DNA of 64,000 bases from an uncultured virus (IMG/VR IMGVR_UViG_3300027917_000001) (lineage: Duplodnaviria; Heunggongvirae; Uroviricota; Caudoviricetes). The position numbers and the translations under genes were made by a program. The notes beneath the pieces were generated by a model. That model searched no databases. It was given only the letters and a program-made list of their open reading frames with translations, and was not told the DNA's origin. Location: IMG/VR virus record IMGVR_UViG_3300027917_000001. One strand, given 5' to 3'. Below, piece after piece: positions 44,049-52,832 of the stretch. Position 1 is the first letter of the stretch; every line of letters begins with the position of its first letter.

Positions 44049-44140
44049 TGGGTCATACACTTCTCGGGATACTGGGTGTGATCCTGCTTGCCTCCCCGTT
44101 CGTGATCTACTTCGTATTCCAGAAGAAGAAAGTTAATTAG
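44048..44140 (+). CDS. 30-aa single-TM peptide
   Basis: [35 protein letters not shown] coupling. Confidence 0.5.
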   Translation: MGHTLLGILGVILLASPFVIYFVFQKKKVN

Positions 44141-44185
44141 CGCTCACCACTAATTAAGGTTCGAACCGGAAACTTTAATAGCAAG

Positions 44186-44210
44186 GGGGTGTGTCAAAAC
44201 GACACACCCC
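44186..44210. terminator. Hairpin between convergent genes
   Basis: GGGGTGTGTC-AAAAC-GACACACCCC perfect 10-bp stem. Confidence 0.55.
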
Positions 44211-44278
44211 TCATGCTTTACTGAAACTACGTGGACTAAGTTGTTGTTACGCAAGGTTTGGGACAGAATGACCGAGTG

Positions 44279-44506
44279 TTACCGGTCGCTCTGTGCGTTG
44301 TCGATCAGCTCTTCGAGGTCAACTATCAGGGCCTCCATACTCGCAAGCAACGGCTCCATTCTGGTAAAGCATAGATCTACGACCCTCCGCGCCGTCTGAC
44401 CCGGGGGGATCGTACCTGTCGCCTGATCCACCACTTCCCTGACCTCCATGTACAGAGAATCGCGTTCCTGAAGGAATAGCTCCCGAAACGATGGCTGCTG
44501 ACTCAT
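44279..44506 (-). CDS. Hypothetical protein
   Basis: GGAGAGG RBS before ATG 44506. Confidence 0.5.
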   Translation of the reverse strand: MSQQPSFRELFLQERDSLYMEVREVVDQATGTIPPGQTARRVVDLCFTRMEPLLASMEALIVDLEELIDNAQSDR

Positions 44507-44774
44507 AGACCTCTCCGTTCTGCTTGAGTTTGCCTCGCTCGTACTCGCCACCAACGCGCCGGTAGAACTCCAGCTTGGCCATCTCCAGATCGCCTAAGAC
44601 GGAACTTAGTAAGTTGTAGCTTATATCACCACCTTTCCGACAGCGCAGATCCATGACCCTTGCCAAAAAGTACGCGAACTCCCCGTTTGTTGCGTGAGTC
44701 CCTAGGAAGTTGATAGTATCTTCGTGCCCTTGGTCCACGTAGTCCCTCATGGGCTTGGAAATGTAAGGCATCAC
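44319..44774 (-). CDS. Conserved phage protein 'MPYI...KLEFYRR...YE..K...NG.V' (DUF6899-like)
   Basis: Recognised motif; AAGGAG RBS; C-terminal extension overlaps the next gene. Confidence 0.6.
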   Translation of the reverse strand: MMPYISKPMRDYVDQGHEDTINFLGTHATNGEFAYFLARVMDLRCRKGGDISYNLLSSVLGDLEMAKLEFYRRVGGEYERGKLKQNGEVYESAAIVSGAIPSGTRFSVHGGQGSGGSGDRYDPPGSDGAEGRRSMLYQNGAVACEYGGPDS

Positions 44775-44812
44775 ACCTATCTCCTTGACACTGGGTGCAC
44801 GAAAGGGGTACA

Positions 44813-44841
44813 AATCTAACCACAAAGACACCAAAAGTCAA
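44813..44841 (-). promoter_or_regulatory. Sigma70-type promoter
   Basis: TTGACT-N17-TAGATT. Confidence 0.7.
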
Positions 44842-44896
44842 GTGTGTCGAAGTGACACGGTAGTGTTGCGTTGGTGCAACGTGTCAGATTGACACA

Positions 44897-44924
44897 TTGA
44901 CAATCCGGCGAATCCTGCTAAATT
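44897..44924 (+). promoter_or_regulatory. Sigma70-type promoter upstream of the candidate ncRNA
   Basis: TTGACA-N16-TAAATT with extended TG. Confidence 0.6.
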
Positions 44925-44940
44925 TGTGGTCCGAAGATTT

Positions 44941-45199
44941 CGGGGGTCTCTGACACCGTTACCTGTAAGCTAACCTCCATAGCTTACAAACAACGGGATG
45001 AACCGTGTCGGCCATTTCACAAATCCTTGCTCTGCCAACGGGGTGCAACAAGGTCCGTCATTCAATCGACGCGGTGCTGGACGGGTTGCCATGGCCCGGA
45101 GGACCACATGAGGGGCAAATCGCTGTAGTGTGCAATCGAAGAATGGACGGGGGTTCTCTGTTGCTTTGGCCGTCTTTACTAAATGACGGAAGATCCCCG
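44941..45199 (+). ncRNA. Candidate ~260-nt multi-stem structured RNA
   Basis: Terminal 9-bp stem, nested long stems, ACCTCCA loop, own promoter, no credible ORF. Confidence 0.55.
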
Positions 45200-45221
45200 T
45201 GTGCTTAGAAGCTGTCAGGGG

Positions 45222-45250
45222 TTGACAACCAGCGACGAATGTATTAGATT
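45222..45250 (+). promoter_or_regulatory. Sigma70-type promoter for the ssb-terminase operon
   Basis: TTGACA-N17-TAGATT. Confidence 0.8.
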
Positions 45251-45301
45251 TGTTGATGTTCCGTGGTCTGAGAGAGGATCATACCAGCAAGGAGGAACCA
45301 A

Positions 45302-45757
45302 ATGCTCTCACTCAACAAGGTGGTCTTGTGCGGTCACGCAGGCGATGACCCCGAGGTCAGGCACACGGCGAATGGCGCAAAGATCGTCAACGTCCGAATC
45401 GCAACCACCCGCTACTACCAAGGCGAAACCTATACCGACTGGCATACTGTCACGGCATGGGGCGACAAGCATGCCGAGTACGCCTCGAACTTCATCCGCA
45501 AGGGATCACATCTCTATGTCGAGGGCCGTCTCAATACACGCTCTTGGGAAGACAACGACGGCAAGAAGCAGTACCGCACAGAGGTTGTAGCGTGGACCCT
45601 CCAGCTTGTCGGCAAGAAACCTGAATCCACACAGTACAACGGTGGCGACCAGTCACAGTATAGCGAACACGCCGCCAAGGACGACGAGGATATTCTGACC
45701 GAGATGCTGGGATTCGACCCGTCAAGCCTTGAAGAGGATGACGACCTTCCCTTCTGA
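45302..45757 (+). CDS. ssb: Single-stranded DNA-binding protein
   Basis: 'LNKVVLCG..G.DPEVR', 'TDWH', 'KGS..YVEGRL.TRSW', acidic tail DDDLPF. Confidence 0.95.
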   Translation: MLSLNKVVLCGHAGDDPEVRHTANGAKIVNVRIATTRYYQGETYTDWHTVTAWGDKHAEYASNFIRKGSHLYVEGRLNTRSWEDNDGKKQYRTEVVAWTLQLVGKKPESTQYNGGDQSQYSEHAAKDDEDILTEMLGFDPSSLEEDDDLPF

Positions 45758-45771
45758 TTACAGCGAGAGTG

Positions 45772-45791
45772 TGGGGAGACGAGTCTCCCCA
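45772..45791 (+). terminator. Hairpin after ssb
   Basis: TGGGGAGAC-GA-GTCTCCCCA; no U tract. Confidence 0.4.
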
Positions 45792-45946
45792 TATCGTCTG
45801 TACATGGTTTGGGATGAGATCTACGAGGCTGATGGTGCCCATGACTTTCAACAGGTCGCTTTCCCGCTGTCCCAACACGAACTGTCGATCATGGATGCCA
45901 CCGGCCTCGAAGGTCTTGGCGCTTACTTGGAGGAGACACGTAGACG

Positions 45947-46405
45947 ATGGCTGACGACACGACCGTCAACACTGAAAAGACTGGTGGAACACGCTACTCG
46001 CAAGGTAAGCAAGGTGGCTGGTGGTTCATTCCCCTTCGCGGTCTGAACGAGGTAGCAAAGGTCTCGGTAGCTGGGGCCTTGAAATACGCACCACTCGACT
46101 GGGCCGAGGGCCAGTCGTTCTCCACGCTTCTGGACTGCATGTTCCGCCACGTATTGAAGGTCATGGAAGGCGGGCCAAAGGTCATTGATGAGGACACTGG
46201 CGCGTACCACCTAGCCTGTGCCGCTTGGAATATACTGTGCCTGTTGACATTCATCAACCAAGGTAGGACAGACCTCGATGACGTGACACCATGGTACGGC
46301 GTCTCTGCAAGTGACGCCAAAGTTGAGGGATGGTCCTACCTGAACTGCACACCACCATACTGGGCACGGATACCTGATGAACCGTCTAACGCGAGAACAG
46401 GCTGA
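45947..46405 (+). CDS. dATP/dGTP diphosphohydrolase-like (DUF5664)
   Basis: 'G.RY..GK', 'GALKYAP.DW..G', 'RH...D.DTG..HLA.AAWN'. Confidence 0.8.
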   Translation: MADDTTVNTEKTGGTRYSQGKQGGWWFIPLRGLNEVAKVSVAGALKYAPLDWAEGQSFSTLLDCMFRHVLKVMEGGPKVIDEDTGAYHLACAAWNILCLLTFINQGRTDLDDVTPWYGVSASDAKVEGWSYLNCTPPYWARIPDEPSNARTG

Positions 46406-47951
46406 GATCGTTGCGGCGATCGACACCGAGATCGCCAAACGCCGCTGGACCGATCCGTTACTGTACAGGTACAGACCACACCGCATGCAGCGACTTATGC
46501 ATGAATCAAAGTCGCAGCTCTCGGTTTTGTTCTCTGCCAACCGTATTGGAAAGAGCCTCGCCGGTCTCGCTGAGATTATCTGGCGTGGTAAAGGTGTACA
46601 CCCATACAAGAAAGTGAAGAAGCCGCCAGTCCACATGTGGATGGTGATTCCGTCGTTCCAGTTCTTTGACGAAACGTTCGTGCAGGGACTGTGGCGTGAC
46701 TGGGCTCCGCGTGATGACAGCGTGATCATTAAGCGTGGACATATCGGCGCGTCACTCGTGATCCAGTTCGACACTGGATCGACCTGCACCATCATGTCGC
46801 AAGAAATGGACCTGCGGAAGTTTATGGGCGCGGCGATCGACTTCGTATGGTTTGACGAGAAGGTGGACGCACAGAAGTTCGAAGAGTCGATGGTCCGCAT
46901 TATCTCCTGTAAGGGAGAAGCATGGTACACGGCGACTCTGGTCGAAGGGATTGGTTGGGAATATGAGGACCTGTACCTGCCCGGGATCAGTGGTGAGGAC
47001 CCTGACATTGTAGCCTACACGGCCGCACTCTGTACGCGTGACCCAATGGCAGAGCTGGAGATTGGAAGGCCGCTATTGCCACCCGATCACCCGATGGGCA
47101 ACAGGCAGTCGATCTTACAGATGGCACGCCGCATCCCAGATCCGTATATGCGCGACGTGCGTATCTTCGGTGAGATCAAGGGGCGCACTGGACTGATCCT
47201 ACCATACAACGGACACATTCACCTGATCCCACGCTTCTCGATACCGGATCACTGGCCGATCGCGGCTGGTGTTGACCCAGCCTTCAATGGGTTTGCCGTG
47301 ACCTTTCAGGCGATCAATGAGCGCAACCAAGCGATCGTGTGGGAGGAACTGTTCAGTCGTAGAGAGAGCGCATCGACGAGGGCCAGCGCAATACGCCAGA
47401 AGGTCTACCGTCTACACCGCCCACTGGACGAAGTAGTCACAGCTTATGTCGATACCGCCAATCCTCAGGAAGTGATCGAGCTGAACGAGCGCTTCGATGA
47501 GCTGGGTGTACCCATGGTCGCCACGTCCCTTGAGCTGGGAAAGAAGGCGGTCAAGCCGGGAATCGAGCGTGTACAGTACCTCATGCAACCGGATGACGAG
47601 CTAGAATACCCACACGAGATGGGACTACATCCACCCATCTATGGTGCACCAAGGTTGCTGATCTTCGATGACCTGCAATCGACGTGGGTGGACAACCGTG
47701 GACGATCGTGGAGAAACATGAGTCGCCACACATGGGAGATGCAGCGCTGGCAGTGGAAGGACCCCAAACCGGGACAGCTTGAAAAGGATGAGCCCGACGA
47801 CTATCAGGCTGACGGAGCCCACATGCTCGATGCGGTACGCTATCTTAGTATGGCGCGTATGGGGTATGTCGAACAGAAACAGGAAGATGACCCCGATCGT
47901 TACACTGGCGTCATGGGCAGAATCATAAGACAACTAGGAGTTGGACGATGA
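46377..47951 (+). CDS. terL: Terminase large subunit
   Basis: Walker A 'ANRIGKS', Walker B 'FVWFDE', nuclease 'GVDPA' and 'HMLDAVRY'. Confidence 0.92.
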   Translation: MNRLTREQAEIVAAIDTEIAKRRWTDPLLYRYRPHRMQRLMHESKSQLSVLFSANRIGKSLAGLAEIIWRGKGVHPYKKVKKPPVHMWMVIPSFQFFDETFVQGLWRDWAPRDDSVIIKRGHIGASLVIQFDTGSTCTIMSQEMDLRKFMGAAIDFVWFDEKVDAQKFEESMVRIISCKGEAWYTATLVEGIGWEYEDLYLPGISGEDPDIVAYTAALCTRDPMAELEIGRPLLPPDHPMGNRQSILQMARRIPDPYMRDVRIFGEIKGRTGLILPYNGHIHLIPRFSIPDHWPIAAGVDPAFNGFAVTFQAINERNQAIVWEELFSRRESASTRASAIRQKVYRLHRPLDEVVTAYVDTANPQEVIELNERFDELGVPMVATSLELGKKAVKPGIERVQYLMQPDDELEYPHEMGLHPPIYGAPRLLIFDDLQSTWVDNRGRSWRNMSRHTWEMQRWQWKDPKPGQLEKDEPDDYQADGAHMLDAVRYLSMARMGYVEQKQEDDPDRYTGVMGRIIRQLGVGR

Positions 47952-48454
47952 ATATAGCGGCTCTCACCATGCTCGCGGCACTGGTCATTGCCATGGGGAT
48001 CTGGATCGTTGACTTGAGAAACAAGCTGGACAAAGCATGGGACGCAAACGTTCTTTTGAAAGTGGAACGTGAACGCAACATGAGGGACTGGTACAAAACA
48101 GAGGAGAGGCTCATCGAACAGGTCACGCAACTACGTGACGAGATCTCACTTCTCAATAAGGGCTACAAGGCGCTCGTCTATACGCACATCGAAGAGATGC
48201 GTGACAAGGACAAACTGATTCAACGACTGAATGACGATCTTGCTGGTCGTGGACCCGAACATCTGCCGACATGGCTTGACATGGGTGAGCCCAATGAGAG
48301 CTGGAACATGAACGACACAGAGTTCGATGAGTGGCTCTCCAGACAACCGAACAAGACTGTGGAGGAGATGGCCCGTATCATCTCTGAGAAGCTAGGTGGT
48401 ACAGAGGGTTTCGAGGAATTCCCCACCTTCGAGGAACCAATCCTGCCGGAATGA
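47948..48454 (+). CDS. Membrane-anchored coiled-coil protein
   Basis: N-terminal TM plus heptad repeats. Confidence 0.6.
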   Translation: MNIAALTMLAALVIAMGIWIVDLRNKLDKAWDANVLLKVERERNMRDWYKTEERLIEQVTQLRDEISLLNKGYKALVYTHIEEMRDKDKLIQRLNDDLAGRGPEHLPTWLDMGEPNESWNMNDTEFDEWLSRQPNKTVEEMARIISEKLGGTEGFEEFPTFEEPILPE

Positions 48455-48465
48455 CAGTAAGGGGC

Positions 48466-48494
48466 TTGACAAAAAGCCCCTGACCTGTTATATT
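48466..48494 (+). promoter_or_regulatory. Sigma70-type promoter upstream of portal
   Basis: TTGACA-N17-TATATT; -35 box sits inside a GGGGCTT/AAGCCCC inverted repeat. Confidence 0.8.
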
Positions 48495-48517
48495 TGTAGT
48501 CAACTAGGGTAAGCCGT

Positions 48518-48550
48518 AGGGCTCTGGTGCTGTGGCACCGGGGCCTTTTT
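48518..48550 (+). terminator. Intrinsic terminator in the portal leader
   Basis: GGCTCTGGTGC-TGTG-GCACCGGGGCC followed by TTTTT. Confidence 0.75.
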
Positions 48551-48571
48551 CTGCTTTCGAGAGGGAAACCA

Positions 48572-50833
48572 ATGCCAAGTCATGTTTCGCAGCACGACAT
48601 GGCCCGTGCAGATCGTACATTGCATGGTCATGTCCCGTACCCTACCGCAGACGCATCAGACGAAGACAAGGCGAGATGGACCCAGCACCGCTGGCATAGT
48701 CAGGACCCGCTCTATGAGCCGTTCTACCGCAAGTGGTCTGAGATCATAGCTTTCATACGTGGTCGTCACTGGGACATATGGAGCCAACACTCCATGCGCA
48801 TGGTACCCGAGACCGACGTGCCACCTTGGCGCGAACGCATGACAGTGAACTATACGTTCGCTATCTGGAAGACGTTCATCGCCAAGCTGACGAAGAACCG
48901 TCCAGCGTGGGACGTACGACCGGCATCCGGTGACGCCGAGGACATCAATGCCGCTCTCCTTGGTCGCTCGATCCTCGAATGGCTGTGGACAGCGGAGATG
49001 AACCTGTCCGAGATGTGGCGTCGTGTGGTCGCATGGGTCGTCACGACAGGCAACTGCTGGGTCGAAACCTTCTGGGACGAGAACACTGGCGAAGTGGTCG
49101 AACTGACAACCTCGACCATGATAGCTGAGATCGACCCCAACGGGAACCCGACCGGCAACTTCCTTGAGGCGCCAGCCGCCATGAACCCTGAGACCGGGGA
49201 GCCGGTTGTTGATCCAGAGACTGGATTACCACTGGATGTAGAGCCGGTAACGGAAGACATGGGTCAGGTTGGTATCGCCGTGCACACGCCATTCAGCGTC
49301 AGGACAAACCCCGAAGCATTCTCCGACCCTGAGGCTGTGACGGACGTTATGATTGGCGTCCCTGTCACACGTGAATGGGTGGAGCGCACATACAACGCAG
49401 ATATGGCGGCGAGTCTGAACTACGATTCAGGTGACGCTACGTCAATCGCTATCGAGCAGCTTGAGACGATAGCGACTGGCGGTCACGAGCGCAACGCTTT
49501 GTTCGAGACATCGACGCCAACAACTAGAGAATCCAAGGGCGAGACAACCCTGATTATCCGGCACTACCACAAACCGGATAGAGAATACCCCAACGGACGA
49601 TTCTGGGTAGCAGCAGGCAACGGGCAGATGATAGAGCCCGAGACCTCCCTCCCTCTCGGTATATGGCCCCTAGTCCATGCTCAAGCCTATCCGAACCCGG
49701 GCCTGTTGCTATCCATGTCTCCTATCGAGCCGATCATCCCGCTCAACCGGCGCCTGAACGAACAGAACAGCAGGATCGCTGAGTACGAGAAGCTGATGAT
49801 GAACGGTAAGTGGCTCGTGCCGAAGACCGCGAACATCCGCAAGGGCGCGATCACGACCGAGCCCGGAGAGGTAATCACGTACACGCCTCCATTCGAGCCG
49901 AAGCTGGCGACCATCAAGGCATTGCCCGCTGCGGTCTATAGCGAGCGAGAAGGTACGAAACAGGACATACAGTTCGTCTCAGGTATACACAAGATCAGCC
50001 TTGGTCAGCCACCTCCGGGCGTCACGGCCGGTCGTGCGTTCCTCGTCCTGCAAGAGGCAGACGACACGGACCTTGGGCCGATCCTGACTGCACTGTCGGA
50101 GTCTCTGAGCAAGCTTGGACATCTAGTGTTGTGGACAATCCGACAGAACTATACTGAGCCACGCACCGTTGCGATCGTAGGAAAGAATACCGGAGAGTTC
50201 CTCTACCGCGATTTTGTTGGCGAGGACTTGGACCCGGGTCGAAGTGGTTCACTCTCGATTCAGGTCAAGGTACAGGAAGGCTCCATGTTCCCGTGGCTCA
50301 AGGCTGCGGCACAGGAGATGGCTCTCCAGTTGCTCCAGACGCCAGTAGGTCAGATGTTACTACAGAGCCCGGACGGGCAACTCGACAGGAACAGACTTTC
50401 GGACATCCTTCAGGTTGGCGGTCTGGAGAGTCTGGTCGATACCACGGATCTCGATACGGCAGAGGCCGAACGTACGTACGACGATCTAGCTCAGCATGAC
50501 GGCAGGTCTCCACTGCCATCTCCGCACGAATGGCAGAACCTCGCCGTACATGTCTCTACATTCGAGCGACACCTGAAGAGCAAGGCTTTCACCTCGCTGC
50601 CACCGCCTAACCAGCGATTGGTTCTGGCGTACTACAAACAGTTGACTATGGTACTGAGCCAACAGCAGCAGATGGCGATCCAATCACAACTCGACCAGTT
50701 GACGCGATCGACTGAGGCGGAGGAGTTCGGTCGCAAGATGGGTGAGATCCGTGCCATGGCGATCGCTGAGAGAGAGGACATCGACATGCCCGGGACCGAA
50801 GGTAGCTCGAAAGATCCGAAAGGTAGCAAGTAA
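48572..50833 (+). CDS. Portal protein
   Basis: About 750 aa after terL; 'PGEVITY', 'IQFVSGI', 'TAGRA..LQE'; start at ATG 48572 with GAGGG RBS. Confidence 0.85.
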   Translation: MPSHVSQHDMARADRTLHGHVPYPTADASDEDKARWTQHRWHSQDPLYEPFYRKWSEIIAFIRGRHWDIWSQHSMRMVPETDVPPWRERMTVNYTFAIWKTFIAKLTKNRPAWDVRPASGDAEDINAALLGRSILEWLWTAEMNLSEMWRRVVAWVVTTGNCWVETFWDENTGEVVELTTSTMIAEIDPNGNPTGNFLEAPAAMNPETGEPVVDPETGLPLDVEPVTEDMGQVGIAVHTPFSVRTNPEAFSDPEAVTDVMIGVPVTREWVERTYNADMAASLNYDSGDATSIAIEQLETIATGGHERNALFETSTPTTRESKGETTLIIRHYHKPDREYPNGRFWVAAGNGQMIEPETSLPLGIWPLVHAQAYPNPGLLLSMSPIEPIIPLNRRLNEQNSRIAEYEKLMMNGKWLVPKTANIRKGAITTEPGEVITYTPPFEPKLATIKALPAAVYSEREGTKQDIQFVSGIHKISLGQPPPGVTAGRAFLVLQEADDTDLGPILTALSESLSKLGHLVLWTIRQNYTEPRTVAIVGKNTGEFLYRDFVGEDLDPGRSGSLSIQVKVQEGSMFPWLKAAAQEMALQLLQTPVGQMLLQSPDGQLDRNRLSDILQVGGLESLVDTTDLDTAEAERTYDDLAQHDGRSPLPSPHEWQNLAVHVSTFERHLKSKAFTSLPPPNQRLVLAYYKQLTMVLSQQQQMAIQSQLDQLTRSTEAEEFGRKMGEIRAMAIAEREDIDMPGTEGSSKDPKGSK

Positions 50834-51900
50834 TGGTACAGTTCCGTAACGACGAGACCAAACTGGAACTCGATCGCAATATGGCTGGCGTCTTCGAGTT
50901 GGCGCAAGGCGAAGTGACTTGCACGACACTGAACACAGACTATACGTATCGGATACAGGACTACCGAACAGGATTTCTGGTCCTCATAGCTCAGGGCGCT
51001 GACGCGCGATACGACTTACTTGGTACGACAGGCTCCGATTCCAACTGGCTACCAGCCGACGTACCGACCAAAGTACGCGCGCCTATGCGACGGTACGGAG
51101 TCGAGGGACCGAAGACTGCGGGCCGTGACATGTGGAGCCCGGCTGGCTTGGAGGTCCACTTTCAGGCGCCGGATAACGGGACGAAGATCACAGTGATCGA
51201 AACACTGGGAGCACAGCCCGGTACGTTCTTGCCAACGGCAATCAACGGTCTCGTACTATGGTTAAGATCAAGTTCGATCGCACTTGCTGCAAACTCAAGT
51301 GTGAGTTCATGGGAGGACGAAAGCGGTGCCAATAACCATGCTATACAGGCTACGCCAGCAAATCAACCTACGCTAGTCTACGACTCGCAAGGTAGAAAGG
51401 CTGTACGCTTTGGTGCATCTAGCCATAAACTGGTCATCGATCCACTGGCATCAAGTATACTACCAATCTCTGTGTTTACCGTTGTGACGCCACGTAGTGA
51501 AGACGAACAACGAATGATTTTGGATAAAGGGCCAACAGGGGATGCGACAACAAGGTTCATAATGTATCGTGAAACCACAGATACATGGAACCTTGGACCC
51601 GGTTCTGCACCACCAACTGGTGGAACGGTTGTTAGCGGACAAACTGACATAGTATCAGGACTACATAAAATAGGAGCCGATGAGTGTATTCTCCGTGAAA
51701 ATGGAACACAAATTGATACTGGCACAACAAACATCACAGCCGCGCTAGAGTCGTTACACATTGGTTGTGATCAAACATCAGCTAGGCAATTTAACGGGGA
51801 CTTGCTTGAGATAGCTATGTACGATCACGAACTTACGGCTGCACAATTCGACCTTGTTGACGGATATTTGTCTAGGGTAAACAAAGTAGCCCTAGCGTAA
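50833..51900 (+). CDS. Virion protein: shared N-domain plus LamG/ConA-like domain
   Basis: 'LVLWL...VSSW.D.SG..NHA.Q....P', 'FNGDLLEIAMYD..L'. Confidence 0.7.
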   Translation: MVQFRNDETKLELDRNMAGVFELAQGEVTCTTLNTDYTYRIQDYRTGFLVLIAQGADARYDLLGTTGSDSNWLPADVPTKVRAPMRRYGVEGPKTAGRDMWSPAGLEVHFQAPDNGTKITVIETLGAQPGTFLPTAINGLVLWLRSSSIALAANSSVSSWEDESGANNHAIQATPANQPTLVYDSQGRKAVRFGASSHKLVIDPLASSILPISVFTVVTPRSEDEQRMILDKGPTGDATTRFIMYRETTDTWNLGPGSAPPTGGTVVSGQTDIVSGLHKIGADECILRENGTQIDTGTTNITAALESLHIGCDQTSARQFNGDLLEIAMYDHELTAAQFDLVDGYLSRVNKVALA

Positions 51901-51912
51901 AGAGGAGAGAGA

Positions 51913-52290
51913 ATGGCTAAGTTTCGGAACGACCTGACCGCCGACGAGCTGGCACGCTCGATGGCCGGTGTGTTCGAGCTGGCACAGGGCGAGGTGACGT
52001 GTAGTTCGGCCGACACAAACTACACGTACACGATTCAGGACGCAAGGACACGATTCCTGATTCTGATCGCGCAGACCAACTCGGCACGGTACAATTTACT
52101 GGCGGCAACGTCGGCAACCTCGAACTACCTGCCGGCAGATACACCATGGAAAGTCTACGCGCCTATGGAGATCAACGATCCCGAAGGACCGGAAGGGCTG
52201 GGGCGCGAGATGTGGGACCCGGCTGGGCTCAACATCAATCTGCGATCCGAGACGGCTGGGACTAAGGTCACGGTTATCGAGGTCTTGTAA
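51913..52290 (+). CDS. Virion protein, paralog of the upstream N-domain
   Basis: Identical MAGVFELAQGEVTC, collinear over 125 aa. Confidence 0.7.
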   Translation: MAKFRNDLTADELARSMAGVFELAQGEVTCSSADTNYTYTIQDARTRFLILIAQTNSARYNLLAATSATSNYLPADTPWKVYAPMEINDPEGPEGLGREMWDPAGLNINLRSETAGTKVTVIEVL

Positions 52291-52832
52291 TGCCGATTCT
52301 TGAGAGCGACCTGCGGTTTCTCTATACCGGGGCCGTGTCTCATGATGCGGCCCAAACCGATCCAGACGCATCTCTGGGTGGGTACAGGTCCAGCTCTGTC
52401 ATAACATCTGCGGCCGATAACAACGTCTTCGATGACGTAAGCGGCGGCGAAGCGAGTGCTGGCGATACCGAATACAGGGCGATCGCTTTTCACAACAACC
52501 ATGGCACGCTGGCGCTATCGTCAGGGAAAGTGTGGATCAGTGCCGACACCGGTAATGCGGAGGACGACGTTTCGTTCGGAGTCGAGACACCATCACCCAA
52601 CGAGACCAGTGGCAGCATCCAGACGATCGCGGACGAGAGCACTGCACCCAGTGGAATCTCATGGAGTGACGCCACGTCAAAGGCGACCGGGCTGTCCTTC
52701 CCCGGGTCTGGAAGCGATGTTGCGGCAGGGGATTGGTTCGGTATTTGGCTGCGACGTATTATCTCTGCCGGGGCTGCGGCGTCGGCTGGAGAGTCGTGCA
52801 CGCTTAGAATTGAAGGGGATTCGGAACCGTAA
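52290..52832 (+). CDS. Phage structural protein
   Basis: 'SLGG..S...NNVFDDV...E...G..EYR...IWLRR' pattern. Confidence 0.6.
   Translation: MPILESDLRFLYTGAVSHDAAQTDPDASLGGYRSSSVITSAADNNVFDDVSGGEASAGDTEYRAIAFHNNHGTLALSSGKVWISADTGNAEDDVSFGVETPSPNETSGSIQTIADESTAPSGISWSDATSKATGLSFPGSGSDVAAGDWFGIWLRRIISAGAAASAGESCTLRIEGDSEP

Noticed and set aside
44941..45199. Identification as tmRNA, RNase P RNA or a c-di-GMP riboswitch
   Set aside because: No T-loop/CCA 3' end, no GAGGAAAGUCC core, and only an isolated GGCAAA
45729..46046. ORFs between ssb and the DUF5664-like gene
   Set aside because: Two competing frames, no clear RBS, and overlaps with both neighbours
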